Positions 11,689 through 23,714 of a DNA stretch of 64,000 nucleotides are shown here, one piece after another. Source of the stretch: Escherichia coli (GTDB lineage Bacteria > Pseudomonadota > Gammaproteobacteria > Enterobacterales > Enterobacteriaceae); NCBI RefSeq assembly GCF_048403405.1, contig NZ_CP183129.1, one strand, 5' to 3'. The notes under the pieces were generated by a model that worked only from the letters and a program-made list of their open reading frames with translations, made no database searches and was not told the DNA's origin. Made by a program: the position numbers and the translations under genes. Each line of letters opens with the position of its first letter. Position 1 is the stretch's first letter.

Positions 11689-12891
11689 ATGCGCATCCTT
11701 CACACCTCAGACTGGCATCTCGGCCAGAACTTCTACAGTAAAAGCCGCGAAGCTGAACATCAGGCTTTTCTTGACTGGCTGCTGGAGACAGTACAAACCC
11801 ATCAGGTGGATGCGATTATTGTTGCCGGTGATGTTTTCGATACCGGCTCGCCCCCCAGTTACGCCCGCACGTTATACAACCGTTTTGTTGTCAATTTACA
11901 GCAAACTGGCTGTCATCTGGTGGTACTGGCAGGAAACCATGACTCGGTCGCCACGCTGAATGAATCGCGCGATATCATGGCGTTCCTCAATACGACCGTG
12001 GTCGCCAGCGCCGGACATGCGCCGCAAATCTTGCCTCGTCGCGACGGGACGCCAGGCGCAGTGCTGTGCCCTATTCCGTTTTTACGCCCACGTGACATTA
12101 TTACCAGCCAGGCGGGGCTTAACGGTATTGAAAAACAGCAGCATTTGCTGGCGGCTATTACTGATTATTATCAACAACATTATGCCGATGCCTGCAAACT
12201 GCGCGGCGATCAGCCTCTGCCCATCATCGCCACGGGACATTTAACGACCGTGGGTGCCAGTAAAAGTGACGCCGTGCGTGACATTTATATTGGCACGCTG
12301 GACGCGTTTCCGGCACAAAACTTTCCACCAGCCGACTACATCGCGCTCGGGCATATTCACCGCGCGCAGATTATTGGCGGCATGGAACATGTTCGCTATT
12401 GCGGTTCCCCCATACCACTGAGTTTTGATGAATGCGGTAAGAGTAAATATGTCCATCTGGTGACATTTTCAAACGGCAAATTAGAGAGCGTGGAAAACCT
12501 GAACGTACCGGTAACGCAACCCATGGCGGTGCTGAAAGGCGATCTGGCGTCGATTACCGAACAGCTGGAACAGTGGCGCGATGTATCACAGGAGCCACCT
12601 GTCTGGCTGGATATCGAAATCACTACTGATGAGTATCTGCATGATATTCAGCGCAAAATCCAGGCATTAACCGAATCATTGCCTGTCGAAGTATTGCTGG
12701 TACGCCGGAGTCGTGAACAGCGCGAGCGAGTGTTAGCCAGCCAACAGCGTGAAACCCTCAGCGAACTCAGCGTCGAAGAGGTGTTCAATCGCTGTCTGGC
12801 ACTGGAAGAACTGGATGAATCGCAGCAGCAACGTCTGCAGCATCTTTTCACCACGACGTTGCATACCCTCGCCGGAGAACACGAAGCATGA
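11689..12891 (+). CDS. sbcD: SbcCD nuclease subunit D (Mre11-like phosphoesterase)
   Basis: Matches Sbc[32 protein letters not shown]...; start placed at the ATG at 11689 (400 aa) rather than the upstream ORF-track Met; its stop overlaps the sbcC start (ATGA). Confidence 0.94.
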   Translation: MRILHTSDWHLGQNFYSKSREAEHQAFLDWLLETVQTHQVDAIIVAGDVFDTGSPPSYARTLYNRFVVNLQQTGCHLVVLAGNHDSVATLNESRDIMAFLNTTVVASAGHAPQILPRRDGTPGAVLCPIPFLRPRDIITSQAGLNGIEKQQHLLAAITDYYQQHYADACKLRGDQPLPIIATGHLTTVGASKSDAVRDIYIGTLDAFPAQNFPPADYIALGHIHRAQIIGGMEHVRYCGSPIPLSFDECGKSKYVHLVTFSNGKLESVENLNVPVTQPMAVLKGDLASITEQLEQWRDVSQEPPVWLDIEITTDEYLHDIQRKIQALTESLPVEVLLVRRSREQRERVLASQQRETLSELSVEEVFNRCLALEELDESQQQRLQHLFTTTLHTLAGEHEA

Positions 12892-15800
12892 AAATTCTCA
12901 GCCTGCGCCTGAAAAACCTGAACTCATTAAAAGGCGAATGGAAGATTGATTTCACCCGCGAGCCGTTCGCCAGCAACGGGCTGTTTGCCATTACCGGCCC
13001 AACCGGTGCGGGGAAAACCACCCTGCTGGACGCCATTTGTCTGGCGCTGTATCACGAAACTCCGCGCCTTTCTAACGTTTCACAATCGCAAAATGATCTC
13101 ATGACCCGCGATACCGCCGAATGTCTGGCGGAAGTGGAGTTTGAAGTCAAAGGTGAAGCGTACCGTGCATTCTGGAGCCAGAATCGGGCGCGTAACCAGC
13201 CGGACGGTAATTTGCAGGTGCCACGCGTAGAGCTGGCGCGCTGCGCCGATGGCAAAATTCTCGCCGACAAAGTGAAAGATAAGCTGGAACTGACGGCGAC
13301 GTTAACCGGACTGGATTACGGGCGCTTCACCCGTTCGATGCTGCTTTCGCAGGGGCAATTTGCTGCCTTCCTGAATGCCAAACCCAAAGAACGCGCGGAA
13401 TTGCTCGAGGAGTTAACTGGCACTGAAATCTACGGGCAAATCTCGGCGATGGTTTTTGAGCAGCACAAATTAGCCCGCACAGAGCTGGAGAAGCTGCAAG
13501 CGCAGGCCAGCGGCGTCGCGTTGCTCACGCCAGAACAAGTGCAATCGCTGACAGCGAGTTTGCAGGTACTTACTGACGAAGAAAAACAGTTACTTACCGC
13601 GCAGCAGCAAGAACAACAATCACTAAACTGGTTAACGCGTCTGGACGAATTGCAGCAAGAAGCCAGCCGCCGTCAACAGGCCTTGCAACAGGCGTTAGCC
13701 GTAGAAGAAAAAGCGCAACCTCAACTGGCGGCGCTCAGTCTGGCACAACCGGCACGAAATCTTCGTCCGCACTGGGAACGCATCGCAGAACACAGCGCGG
13801 CGCTGGCGCATACTCGCCAGCAGATTGAAGAAGTAAATACTCGCTTACAGAGCACAATGGCGCTTCGCGCGAGCATTCGCCACCACGCGGCGAAGCAGTC
13901 AGCAGAATTACAGCAGCAGCAACAAAGTCTGAATGCCTGGTTACAGGAACACGACCGCTTCCGTCAGTGGAACAACGAACTGGCGGGTTGGCGTGCGCAG
14001 TTCTCCCAACAAACCAGCGATCGCGAGCATCTGCGGCAATGGCAGCAACAGTTAACCCATGCAGAGCAAAAACTTAATGCGCTTGCGGCGATCACGTTGA
14101 CGTTAACCGCCGATGAAGTTGCTAGCGCCCTGGCGCAACATGCTGAGCAACGCCCACTGCGTCAGCGCCTGGTCGCGCTGCATGGACAGATTGTTCCCCA
14201 ACAAAAACGCCTGGCGCAATTACAGGTCACTATCCAGAATGTCACGCAAGAACAGACGCAACGTAACGCCGCACTTAACGAAATGCGCCAGCGTTATAAA
14301 GAAAAGACGCAGCAACTTGCCGATGTGAAAACCATTTGCGAGCAGGAAGCGCGCATCAAAACGCTGGAAGCTCAACGTGCACAGTTACAGGCGGGTCAGC
14401 CTTGTCCACTTTGTGGTTCCACCAGCCACCCGGCGGTCGAGGCGTATCAGGCGCTGGAGCCTGGCGTTAATCAGTCTCGATTACTGGCGCTGGAAAACGA
14501 AGTTAAAAAGCTCGGTGAAGAAGGTGCGACGCTACGTGGGCAACTGGATGCATTAACGAAGCAGCTTCAGCGCGATGAAAACGAAGCGCAAAGCCTCCGA
14601 CAAGATGAGCAAGCACTTACTCAACAATGGCAAGCCGTCACGGCCAGCCTCAATATCACCTTGCAGCCACAGGACGATATTCAACCGTGGCTGGATGCAC
14701 AAGATGAGCACGAACGCCAGCTGCGGTTACTCAGCCAACGGCATGAATTACAAGGGCAGATTGCCGCGCATAATCAGCAAATTATCCAGTATCAACAGCA
14801 AATTGAACAACGCCAGCAGCAGCTCTTAACGGCATTGGCGGGTTATGCGCTGACATTGCCACAGGAAGATGAAGAAGAGAGCTGGTTGGCGACGCGTCAG
14901 CAAGAAGCGCAGAGCTGGCAGCAACGCCAGAACGAATTAACCGCGCTGCAAAACCGTATTCAGCAACTGACGCCGATTCTGGAAACGTTGCCGCAAAGTG
15001 ATGAACTCCCGCACTGCGAAGAAACTGTGGTACTGGAAAACTGGCGGCAGGTACATGAACAATGTCTCGCACTACACAGCCAGCAACAGACGTTACAGCA
15101 ACAGGACGTTCTGGCGGCGCAAAGTCTGCAAAAAGCCCAGGCGCAGTTTGACACCGCGCTACAGGACAGCATTTTTGACGATCAGCAGGCATTTCTTGCG
15201 GCGTTAATGGATGAGCAGACGCTAACGCAGCTGGAACAGCTGAAACAGAATCTGGAAAACCAGCGTCGTCAGGCGCAAGCGTTGGCCATTCAGACAGCTG
15301 AAACGCTGGCACAGCATCAGCAACACCGACCTGACGGCCTGGATCTCAGTGTGACGGTGGAGCAGATTCAGCAAGAGTTAGCGCAAACTCAGCAAAAGTT
15401 GCGTGAAAACACCACCAGTCAGGGCGAGATTCGCCAGCAGCTGAAGCAGGATGCAGACAACCGTCAGCAACAACAAACCTTAATGCAGCAAATTGCTCAA
15501 ATGACGCAGCAGGTTGAGGACTGGGGATATCTGAATTCGCTAATAGGTTCCAAAGAGGGCGATAAATTCCGCAAGTTTGCCCAGGGGCTGACGCTGGATA
15601 ATTTAGTCCATCTCGCTAATCAGCAACTTACCCGGCTGCACGGGCGCTATCTGTTACAGCGCAAAGCCAGCGAGGCGCTGGAAGTCGAGGTTGTTGATAC
15701 CTGGCAGGCAGATGCGGTACGCGATACCCGTACCCTTTCTGGCGGCGAAAGTTTCCTCGTCAGTCTGGCGCTGGCACTGGCGCTTTCAGATCTGGTCAGC

Positions 15801-16031
15801 CATAAAACGCGTATTGACTCGCTGTTCCTTGATGAAGGTTTTGGCACGCTGGATAGCGAAACGCTGGATACCGCCCTTGATGCGCTGGATGCCCTGAACG
15901 CCAGCGGCAAAACCATCGGTGTGATTAGCCACGTAGAAGCGATGAAAGAGCGTATTCCGGTGCAGATCAAAGTGAAAAAGATCAACGGCCTGGGCTACAG
16001 CAAACTGGAAAGTATGTTTGCAGTGAAATAA
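12888..16031 (+). CDS. sbcC: SbcCD nuclease subunit C (Rad50/SMC-like ATPase)
   Basis: 1047-aa ORF with N-terminal Walker A (GPTGAGKTT), a long Gln-rich coiled coil with a CPLCGS zinc hook, and a C-terminal signature/Walker B region ([20 protein letters not shown]...[10 protein letters not shown]). Confidence 0.96.
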   Translation: MKILSLRLKNLNSLKGEWKIDFTREPFASNGLFAITGPTGAGKTTLLDAICLALYHETPRLSNVSQSQNDLMTRDTAECLAEVEFEVKGEAYRAFWSQNRARNQPDGNLQVPRVELARCADGKILADKVKDKLELTATLTGLDYGRFTRSMLLSQGQFAAFLNAKPKERAELLEELTGTEIYGQISAMVFEQHKLARTELEKLQAQASGVALLTPEQVQSLTASLQVLTDEEKQLLTAQQQEQQSLNWLTRLDELQQEASRRQQALQQALAVEEKAQPQLAALSLAQPARNLRPHWERIAEHSAALAHTRQQIEEVNTRLQSTMALRASIRHHAAKQSAELQQQQQSLNAWLQEHDRFRQWNNELAGWRAQFSQQTSDREHLRQWQQQLTHAEQKLNALAAITLTLTADEVASALAQHAEQRPLRQRLVALHGQIVPQQKRLAQLQVTIQNVTQEQTQRNAALNEMRQRYKEKTQQLADVKTICEQEARIKTLEAQRAQLQAGQPCPLCGSTSHPAVEAYQALEPGVNQSRLLALENEVKKLGEEGATLRGQLDALTKQLQRDENEAQSLRQDEQALTQQWQAVTASLNITLQPQDDIQPWLDAQDEHERQLRLLSQRHELQGQIAAHNQQIIQYQQQIEQRQQQLLTALAGYALTLPQEDEEESWLATRQQEAQSWQQRQNELTALQNRIQQLTPILETLPQSDELPHCEETVVLENWRQVHEQCLALHSQQQTLQQQDVLAAQSLQKAQAQFDTALQDSIFDDQQAFLAALMDEQTLTQLEQLKQNLENQRRQAQALAIQTAETLAQHQQHRPDGLDLSVTVEQIQQELAQTQQKLRENTTSQGEIRQQLKQDADNRQQQQTLMQQIAQMTQQVEDWGYLNSLIGSKEGDKFRKFAQGLTLDNLVHLANQQLTRLHGRYLLQRKASEALEVEVVDTWQADAVRDTRTLSGGESFLVSLALALALSDLVSHKTRIDSLFLDEGFGTLDSETLDTALDALDALNASGKTIGVISHVEAMKERIPVQIKVKKINGLGYSKLESMFAVK

Positions 16032-16156
16032 CTATTCAGCAGGATAATGAATACAGAGGGGCGAATTATCTCTTGGCCTTGCTGGTCGTTATCCTGCAAG
16101 CTATCACTTTATTGGCTACGGTGATTGGTAGCCGTTCTGGTGGTTGTGATGGTGGT

Positions 16157-17341
16157 ATGAAAAAAGTCATTTTATCTTTGGCTCTGGGCACGTTTGGTTT
16201 GGGGATGGCCGAATTTGGCATTATGGGCGTGCTCACGGAGCTGGCGCATAACGTAGGAATTTCAATTCCTGCTGCCGGGCATATGATCTCGTATTATGCG
16301 CTGGGGGTGGTGGTCGGTGCGCCAATCATCGCACTCTTTTCCAGCCGCTACTCACTCAAACATATCTTATTGTTTCTGGTGGCGTTGTGCGTCATTGGCA
16401 ACGCCATGTTCACGCTCTCTTCGTCTTACCTGATGCTCGCCATTGGTCGGCTGGTTTCCGGCTTTCCGCATGGTGCATTTTTTGGCGTCGGCGCGATCGT
16501 GTTATCGAAAATTATCAAACCCGGCAAAGTCACCGCCGCCGTGGCGGGGATGGTTTCCGGGATGACAGTCGCCAATTTGCTGGGCATTCCGCTGGGAACG
16601 TATTTAAGTCAGGAATTTAGCTGGCGTTACACCTTTTTATTGATCGCTGTTTTTAATATTGCGGTGATGGCATCGGTCTATTTTTGGGTGCCGGATATTC
16701 GCGACGAGGCGAAAGGGAAGCTACGCGAACAATTTCACTTTTTGCGCAGCCCGGCCCCGTGGTTAATTTTCGCCGCCACCATGTTTGGCAACGCAGGTGT
16801 GTTTGCCTGGTTCAGCTACGTAAAGCCATACATGATGTTTATTTCCGGTTTTTCGGAAACGGCGATGACTTTTATTATGATGTTAGTTGGGCTAGGGATG
16901 GTGCTGGGGAATGTGCTAAGTGGCCGGATTTCAGGACGTTATTCACCACTGCGCATTGCGGCAGTAACTGACTTTATTATTGTGCTGGCACTGCTGATGC
17001 TCTTTTTCTTCGGCGGCATGAAAACAACGTCGCTTATTTTTGCATTTTTTTGTTGCGCGGGATTATTTGCCCTTTCAGCACCACTGCAAATATTGTTACT
17101 GCAAAATGCCAAAGGCGGAGAGTTATTAGGTGCCGCAGGTGGGCAAATAGCGTTTAACCTCGGTAGCGCCGTCGGCGCATATTGCGGTGGTATGATGCTG
17201 ACGCTGGGGCTGGCATATAATTACGTGGCGCTGCCTGCCGCCCTGCTTTCGTTTGCTGCGATGTCGTCATTGCTGCTGTATGGTCGCTATAAGCGCCAGC
17301 AAGCGGCGGATAGTCCGGTGCTGGCGAAACCACTGGGGTAG
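16157..17341 (+). CDS. araJ: MFS transporter AraJ
   Basis: Matches AraJ MKKVILSLALGTFGLGMAEFGIMGVLTELA...; start placed at the ATG at 16157 (394 aa). Confidence 0.9.
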   Translation: MKKVILSLALGTFGLGMAEFGIMGVLTELAHNVGISIPAAGHMISYYALGVVVGAPIIALFSSRYSLKHILLFLVALCVIGNAMFTLSSSYLMLAIGRLVSGFPHGAFFGVGAIVLSKIIKPGKVTAAVAGMVSGMTVANLLGIPLGTYLSQEFSWRYTFLLIAVFNIAVMASVYFWVPDIRDEAKGKLREQFHFLRSPAPWLIFAATMFGNAGVFAWFSYVKPYMMFISGFSETAMTFIMMLVGLGMVLGNVLSGRISGRYSPLRIAAVTDFIIVLALLMLFFFGGMKTTSLIFAFFCCAGLFALSAPLQILLLQNAKGGELLGAAGGQIAFNLGSAVGAYCGGMMLTLGLAYNYVALPAALLSFAAMSSLLLYGRYKRQQAADSPVLAKPLG

Positions 17342-17368
17342 ATTGCAGTCACGGTGCACGTTGCTTAT

Positions 17369-17456
17369 TGCCGGATGCGGCGTGAACGCCTTATCGGCCT
17401 ACGGTTCCGGCACATTTTGCAGGCCTGATAAGATGCGGCAAGCGTCGCATCAGGCA
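17369..17456. repeat. REP/BIME element (two palindromic units) between the araJ and mak 3' ends
   Basis: gccggatgcggcgtgaacgccttatcggcctac and aggcctgataagatgcggcaagcgtcgcatcaggc are typical E. coli REP palindromic units at a convergent junction. Confidence 0.8.
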
Positions 17457-17480
17457 TGATACGCCAATTGCCTGGTTTTT

Positions 17481-18389
17481 TTACTCTTGTGGCCATAACC
17501 ATGCAGCGCCGCGTACGCCGCTCGAATCACCATGTTTCGCCTTGCGTACCGGCGTTTCACATTCTCCGCCGAAGACAAATTGTTTAATCAACTGCGGAAC
17601 CGTTTGATATAAACGGTCTACATTGCTCATTCCGCCGCCCAGGACAATCACATCCGGATCGAGAATATTCACGACATGTGCCAGCGATTTTGCCAGCCGC
17701 AGCTCGTAGCGACGCAATGCCAGTTCCGCTACCGGATCGCTTTCTTCTACCAGGCGGATAATTTCACTGCCTTTCAGCGCATGTCCGCTCAAACGACGAT
17801 AATCCGTCGCGAATCCCGTGCCCGAAATAAAGGTTTCAATACAACCTTGTTTACCGCAATAACAAGGGACTTCCTCGCGATAACGCAGTTCGTCTTCGTC
17901 CATCCACGGTAGCGGATTGTGTCCCCACTCACCTGCCGTGCCATTGCCGCCGATATGCGCCCGCCCATTGAATGCCACGCCCGCGCCGCATCCCGTGCCG
18001 ATAATCACGGCAAATACCGTCTGCGCTCCCGCTGCCGCACCATCTACTGCTTCTGAAACCGCCAGACAGTTGGCGTCATTTGCCAACCGTACTTCCCGCT
18101 GCAACCGCGCGCTTAAGTCTTTATCGAATGGCTGACCGTTGAGCCAGGTTGAATTGGCATTCTTCACCACACCGGTGTAGGGCGAAATCGAACCTGGAAT
18201 GCCCATACCTACCGTTCCGCGCTGCCCTGTCGCCTGCTCCGCCATATCAACCAACGTGGCGATCGTTTCAATAGTCTGCTGGTAATCATCACGCGGCGTG
18301 GGCAGACGATGGCGGTACAACTGCTCCCCTGCATCGCCCAGTGCAATCACTTCAGTTTTGGTGCCGCCTAAATCGATACCTATACGCAC
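17481..18389 (-). CDS. mak: Fructokinase / manno(fructo)kinase, ROK family
   Basis: ROK-family ORF ...[14 protein letters not shown]...; start assigned to the GTG (complement of 18387-18389) with an upstream GGAGAG, giving the 302-aa K-12 length. Confidence 0.88.
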   Translation of the reverse strand: MRIGIDLGGTKTEVIALGDAGEQLYRHRLPTPRDDYQQTIETIATLVDMAEQATGQRGTVGMGIPGSISPYTGVVKNANSTWLNGQPFDKDLSARLQREVRLANDANCLAVSEAVDGAAAGAQTVFAVIIGTGCGAGVAFNGRAHIGGNGTAGEWGHNPLPWMDEDELRYREEVPCYCGKQGCIETFISGTGFATDYRRLSGHALKGSEIIRLVEESDPVAELALRRYELRLAKSLAHVVNILDPDVIVLGGGMSNVDRLYQTVPQLIKQFVFGGECETPVRKAKHGDSSGVRGAAWLWPQE

Positions 18390-18513
18390 GGTACTCTCCT
18401 TATTTTTTTCAATATCAATAGCGTAGAGACGGACAACCGGATTGGCAATGCAAGGCCGCCGACAATTCGTTATCATGCCCGCTAAATTTAACGACAAGGC
18501 CGTGGAAATTATC

Positions 18514-19425
18514 ATGCTGTGGTTCAAAAATTTAATGGTTTACCGTCTTAGCCGCGAGATTTCGCTGCGTGCAGAAGAGATGGAAAAACAGCTAGCCTCG
18601 ATGGCATTTACCCCATGCGGCAGCCAGGACATGGCGAAGATGGGCTGGGTTCCTCCGATGGGATCGCACAGCGATGCGTTAACGCACGTTGCCAATGGTC
18701 AAATTGTTATCTGCGCGCGCAAAGAAGAAAAAATCCTCCCGTCTCCGGTGATTAAACAGGCGCTGGAAGCGAAAATCTCCAAACTGGAAGCGGAACAGGC
18801 GCGTAAGCTGAAGAAAACCGAAAAAGATTCGCTGAAAGACGAAGTGCTGCATTCTCTGCTGCCGCGTGCTTTCAGCCGTTTTAGCCAGACAATGATGTGG
18901 ATCGACACGGTTAACGGTTTGATTATGGTGGACTGCGCCAGTGCCAAAAAAGCGGAAGATACGCTGGCACTGCTGCGTAAAAGCCTGGGGTCGTTACCGG
19001 TTGTACCATTGAGCATGGAAAACCCGATTGAACTGACGCTGACCGAATGGGTACGTTCCGGCAGCGCGGCACAGGGCTTCCAGCTGCTTGATGAAGCCGA
19101 GCTGAAATCGTTGCTGGAAGATGGCGGCGTGATCCGCGCGAAGAAACAAGATCTGACCAGCGAAGAGATCACCAACCACATTGAAGCCGGAAAAGTGGTG
19201 ACTAAACTGGCGCTCGACTGGCAGCAGCGCATTCAGTTTGTGATGTGCGACGATGGTTCGCTCAAGCGTCTGAAGTTCTGCGACGAGCTGCGCGATCAAA
19301 ACGAAGATATCGACCGTGAAGATTTCGCCCAGCGTTTTGATGCCGATTTCATCCTGATGACTGGTGAACTGGCAGCGTTAATTCAAAACCTGATTGAAGG
19401 ATTAGGTGGCGAAGCACAACGTTAA
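18514..19425 (+). CDS. rdgC: Recombination-associated protein RdgC
   Basis: Matches Rdg[35 protein letters not shown]...; start at the ATG at 18514 (303 aa). Confidence 0.94.
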   Translation: MLWFKNLMVYRLSREISLRAEEMEKQLASMAFTPCGSQDMAKMGWVPPMGSHSDALTHVANGQIVICARKEEKILPSPVIKQALEAKISKLEAEQARKLKKTEKDSLKDEVLHSLLPRAFSRFSQTMMWIDTVNGLIMVDCASAKKAEDTLALLRKSLGSLPVVPLSMENPIELTLTEWVRSGSAAQGFQLLDEAELKSLLEDGGVIRAKKQDLTSEEITNHIEAGKVVTKLALDWQQRIQFVMCDDGSLKRLKFCDELRDQNEDIDREDFAQRFDADFILMTGELAALIQNLIEGLGGEAQR

Positions 19426-19433
19426 TTGCTGAT

Positions 19434-19467
19434 TTACCTTTAATGCCGGATGCGACGCCTGCCGCGT
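19434..19467. repeat. REP palindromic unit downstream of rdgC
   Basis: gccggatgcgacgcctgccgcgtcttatccggc (REP consensus-like palindrome). Confidence 0.7.
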
Positions 19468-19582
19468 CTTATCCGGCGTGCGAAGCTACACCAGGCATAT
19501 AATTATTCGCTACGGCGGGCAATAATTTTTAGCGCAGCAATATTATGCGTTTTATGCTGTAACTTGCTCCAGGGGCGTTGTG

Positions 19583-19864
19583 TCATTGTTTTTCCTCAAG
19601 CCGGTGACGCGCTTCACTGCGAATTTTTCGCGTTGCCCCGGTTTTCACTAAATCACGTAACAGCGAAAGATCGGGTTGTTCGACAAATAAGAGTAATGAT
19701 GGATCCTCTTTTAACCACGCCGTTTTCACATCGGCAGCCAGCTGTGAATTATTAATAGCCAGCGACCGCTCCTGAGGCTCAGTCAATGTCGTTAACAACA
19801 ACACCGGGGTATGTGCGTTGTGCAATGCCGTTTGGCGCAAATGATCATTGCGACTTTGCAGCAA
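19583..19864 (-). CDS. ykiA: Small hypothetical protein in the rdgC-ppnP gap (possibly the ykiA equivalent)
   Basis: 93-aa ORF from the track (MLQSRNDHLRQTALHNAHTPVLL...). The position matches where I recall ykiA in K-12, but I cannot verify the sequence, and my hand count of the start codon near 19860 did not fully reconcile with the track. Confidence 0.35.
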   Translation of the reverse strand: MLQSRNDHLRQTALHNAHTPVLLLTTLTEPQERSLAINNSQLAADVKTAWLKEDPSLLLFVEQPDLSLLRDLVKTGATRKIRSEARHRLEEKQ

Positions 19865-20071
19865 TGCACGCCACCATTCATCATCTGATTTATCTTTTAT
19901 CGTCGCCAGTTCCGCAACAATATCTGGAGATCTTCGCTGATATTTATATCAACCTTGATGAATTATGAATATATCGGAAATCGAAAAAATCCCAGCAAAG
20001 GAAATATTATTATGGGTTAAAGAGAGGACATTTCAGATAAATGCCCTCCCGTTCAAGGGGAAGGCGAGGAA

Positions 20072-20356
20072 TTACAGATAGCGGCACAGATAAGAGGTGG
20101 GTTCGGCAACTTGCAGATGAAACTCGCTGTGACCGGGAACATTAAACACCGAACCGGCTTCATACACTTGCCAGTCGGTCGCGTCAGGCAGTAACACATT
20201 CAGCGCGCCACTGATTACCGTCATCTCTTCAGGCTCAGCGGTGCTGAAGGTGTATTCACCTTCAACCATAACACCCACGCTGGCGCGACCAGTGCTGCTG
20301 CTGGAAAAGCCGATCGATTTCACTTTGCCGGAAAAGTACTCATTACTTTGAAGCAT
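20072..20356 (-). CDS. ppnP: Pyrimidine/purine nucleoside phosphorylase
   Basis: 94-aa [40 protein letters not shown]... matches PpnP (YaiE). Confidence 0.93.
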
Positions 20357-20427
20357 AAACTGGCCCTGTCTGGTAGTTGAACATCTACTTCACTATAGGG
20401 GCCAGAGGCGCTGGCTGTCACGCAAAA

Positions 20428-21105
20428 TTACATCAGTAATTCCGCAGCCAGCCGTGCAATCAATACGTTAGAGAGCAAAACAGGAACATCGAGCTGTTTT
20501 TGCAGTAAATCGCGATGACGCTGGTTAAATCCCAAACAATCCAGCATGATGACATCTGCACCTTTTTCCAGTAATTCTTTTCCGGCATCAATGATTTTTT
20601 GTTCCGAATCATGAATGGGGTTACCCAATGAAAATACTGGCGGTTTCTGCAAAATTTGCCATTTTTGCGCCTGAACGGTCAGCAACTCCTCAACCGGAAC
20701 GATAACCCCCACCTGATGATCTTCAACAATAGAAGAAACCAGCGGAGGCAATATTCGCGACGGCTCAAGAAAGATCGTATTACGCGCAGTCATACTACTA
20801 ATGTTTGCTGTACTCATTAATAAAATGACGTCATAACCCTGATTATCGAGCACTTCAACCACACCTTGCAGGTCACGCTCCACTTTGCGACGCGAAACAT
20901 GGGCCAGCTGGTTGTCATTTAATAATGTGAGAATTGTGTCTTCGCCTGCTTCTGGCGCGTACTCCGCCATCACTTCTTCGCGGCTTAACTTCCCCAGCAG
21001 GCTATGATGGGAAATATTATCTTCGTCAATGTATTCTGTCAGGAGCGGCAAAACTTCCTGCATAGGTACAATGCCGATGGTCAGGATCGCCAACGACGCA
21101 CTCAT
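20428..21105 (-). CDS. aroM: AroM protein
   Basis: 225-aa [37 protein letters not shown]...; position downstream of aroL-yaiA as in the aroL-yaiA-aroM operon. Confidence 0.92.
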   Translation of the reverse strand: MSASLAILTIGIVPMQEVLPLLTEYIDEDNISHHSLLGKLSREEVMAEYAPEAGEDTILTLLNDNQLAHVSRRKVERDLQGVVEVLDNQGYDVILLMSTANISSMTARNTIFLEPSRILPPLVSSIVEDHQVGVIVPVEELLTVQAQKWQILQKPPVFSLGNPIHDSEQKIIDAGKELLEKGADVIMLDCLGFNQRHRDLLQKQLDVPVLLSNVLIARLAAELLM

Positions 21106-21362
21106 TGTTCTTCCACCTTACTTTTATTTCGTCGTTAATTACCGGGCAAGCGCTAAGCACCACTGCTGACACTTACCTGTGCTACAAATGACAAAAAGCG
21201 TAGCAGCAGACCTGCACGGCATAATGTAAAGATTCCAAATGATTCCAGTAATGGATTGTTATTGTTTAATATTCTAATTATTTGAAAAACATGAATTGTG
21301 AAAAATGTGACGCAGATCCCTTGTGGCGGCACTCAGAATCCCTTCCGAGCAGTCTGATGCGG

Positions 21363-21563
<201 letters not shown>

Positions 21564-21603
21564 TTATTTCACGGGATGAACGTTAAGTATAGGCGCTCGA
21601 AAA

Positions 21604-22128
21604 TCAACAATTGATCGTCTGTGCCAGGGCACTGCGAATTTCAGAAATCACCTGGCTGGGTTCGTTTGTTGCGTCGATGATAATATGCGCAACTTCGCGA
21701 TATAGCGCATCGCGTTCTTCCAGCACTTCCTGAACTTCTTCGCTCAGCGGTTTCCCCGTTAAGGTTGGCCGTAAATCTTCTTCCGGTGCAGCTTGCAGTC
21801 GGTTAACCAGGACTGATACTGGCGCACACAAATAAACCACGATCCCGTTATTTTGCATAAAGTGACGATTAAATTCCGTCAGAATAATGCCGCCGCCCGT
21901 AGCGATAACGGTGGATGGCGCAGTTACCGCTTCCAGCGCCGCCGTTTCTCTGGCGCGGAATCCCGCCCACTCTTCCCTTTCGACGATCTCCGCGACCGTC
22001 ATATTGAGCTGTGATTGCAACCACTGGTCGGTATCGACAAATCGACGGTTAAGCGAATCGGCAAGGGCCATTCCGACCGTTGTTTTACCACAGCCCCGAG
22101 GCCCGATCAGAAAAAGAGGTTGTGTCAT
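21604..22128 (-). CDS. aroL: Shikimate kinase II
   Basis: 174-aa [39 protein letters not shown]... with P-loop GPRGCGKTT. Confidence 0.96.
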
Positions 22129-22195
22129 CGTGGGTTTTCCCCAATAGGTCGCAATGCGGCGAAAGCCGGTGTCATGAGAATAGCGATCATACCAT

Positions 22196-22310
22196 CAAAC
22201 TAGTACAATTTCGATTGTAAAGAAAAAATTCCACTTAAAGTGAAAATCTCGATACACCCCTTACTATACCAATAAATATTCAAGAATGAAGTGTAAATAA
22301 TAAATTACAT
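22196..22310 (-). promoter_or_regulatory. aroL promoter region with TyrR-box-like and TrpR-operator-like motifs
   Basis: TGTAAA-N6-ATTACA at about 22292-22309, a weaker TGTAAA-N6-ATTCCA at about 22216-22233, and AACTAGTAC (trp operator half-site-like) at about 22199-22207; aroL is known to be TyrR/TrpR-regulated. Confidence 0.55.
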
Positions 22311-22769
22311 TTAGCCACGACTACGTTGCACTTCCAGCCACCACTTCTCCAGCTCCGCGGCAAAGGCCTGGCGGTCACGTTGTGAAAGGCTATCTGGTCC
22401 CCCGGTCTGGATCCCACTGGCGCGTAAGGTATCCATAAAATCGCGCATCGTCAGGCGCTCACGAATGGTCGCTGGCGTGTAACGTTCGCCGCGTGGATTA
22501 AGCGCCGCCGCGCCTTTCTCGATGGCTTCAGCAGCCAAAGGAATATCTGCGGTGATCACCAAATCGCCCGCTTCACACTGCCGGACAATTTCGTTATCGG
22601 CAACGTCGAAACCTGCCGCGACGCGCAGCGTACGAATAAATCGCGATGGCGGCACGCGTAAACTCTGGTTTGCTACCAGTACCAGCGGCATCTGCATACG
22701 TTCCGCCGCGCGATACAAAATCTCTTTAATTACATTGGGACACGCGTCGGCATCCACCCAAATTGTCAT
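22311..22769 (-). CDS. yaiI: UPF0178 family protein YaiI
   Basis: Matches Yai[36 protein letters not shown]...; start at the internal ATG (complement of 22767-22769) for the 152-aa length. Confidence 0.88.
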   Translation of the reverse strand: MTIWVDADACPNVIKEILYRAAERMQMPLVLVANQSLRVPPSRFIRTLRVAAGFDVADNEIVRQCEAGDLVITADIPLAAEAIEKGAAALNPRGERYTPATIRERLTMRDFMDTLRASGIQTGGPDSLSQRDRQAFAAELEKWWLEVQRSRG

Positions 22770-22888
22770 AAAGTCATCCTTTGTTGGGTAATCCTCTATT
22801 GTGTCGCGCTTTTGCCTTCCGGCATAGTTCTGTTTATGCTTCTGCCAGCGATTATCAAAACAATGAATTTCACGGCAGGAGTGAGGCA

Positions 22889-23698
22889 ATGGAAAAGAAA
22901 ATCGGTTTTATTGGCTGCGGCAATATGGGAAAAGCCATTCTCGGCGGTCTGATTGCCAGCGGTCAGGTGCTTCCAGGGCAAATCTGGGTATATACTCCCT
23001 CCCCGGATAAAGTCTCCGCCCTGCATGACCAGTTCGGCATCAACGCCGCAGAATCGGCGCAAGAAGTGGCGCAAATCGCCGACATCATTTTTGCCGCCGT
23101 TAAACCTGGCATCATGATTAAAGTGCTTAGCGAAATCACCTCCAGCCTGAATAAAGACTCTCTGGTCGTTTCTATTGCTGCAGGTATCACACTCGACCAG
23201 CTTGCCCGCGCGCTGGGCCATGACCGGAAAATTATCCGCGCCATGCCGAACACTCCCGCGCTGGTTAATGCCGGGATGACCTCCGTAACACCAAACGCGC
23301 TGGTAACCCCAGAAGATACCGCTGATGTGCTGAATATTTTCCGCTGCTTTGGCGAAGCGGAAGTAATTGCCGAGCCGATGATCCACCCGGTGGTCGGTGT
23401 GAGCGGTTCTTCGCCAGCCTACGTCTTTATGTTTATCGAAGCGATGGCCGACGCTGCCGTGCTGGGCGGGATGCCACGCGCCCAGGCGTATAAATTTGCC
23501 GCTCAGGCGGTAATGGGTTCCGCAAAAATGGTGCTGGAAACGGGAGAACATCCGGGGGCACTGAAAGATATGGTCTGCTCACCGGGAGGCACCACCATTG
23601 AGGCGGTACGCGTACTGGAAGAGAAAGGCTTCCGTGCCGCAGTGATCGAAGCGATGACGAAGTGTATGGAAAAATCAGAAAAACTCAGTAAATCCTGA
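22889..23698 (+). CDS. proC: Pyrroline-5-carboxylate reductase
   Basis: Matches Pro[37 protein letters not shown]...; start at the ATG at 22889 (269 aa); divergent from yaiI. Confidence 0.95.
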   Translation: MEKKIGFIGCGNMGKAILGGLIASGQVLPGQIWVYTPSPDKVSALHDQFGINAAESAQEVAQIADIIFAAVKPGIMIKVLSEITSSLNKDSLVVSIAAGITLDQLARALGHDRKIIRAMPNTPALVNAGMTSVTPNALVTPEDTADVLNIFRCFGEAEVIAEPMIHPVVGVSGSSPAYVFMFIEAMADAAVLGGMPRAQAYKFAAQAVMGSAKMVLETGEHPGALKDMVCSPGGTTIEAVRVLEEKGFRAAVIEAMTKCMEKSEKLSKS

Positions 23699-23714
23699 TG
23701 ACTTTTGCCGGACG

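Noticed and set aside
14782-15312. 176-aa minus-strand ORF antisense to the sbcC coiled-coil region
   Set aside because: Gln-rich coiled-coil coding sequence yields long antisense ORFs; sbcC on the plus strand is unambiguous.
16073-16156. N-terminal extensions proposed by the ORF track for araJ, sbcD, mak, rdgC, yaiI, proC, phoA, tauA, hemB, frmR, mhpC, mhpT, mhpR and yaiL
   Set aside because: In each case the conserved protein begins at an internal start codon that reproduces the known protein length and usually has a better RBS; the longer ORFs would overlap neighbouring genes or promoters.
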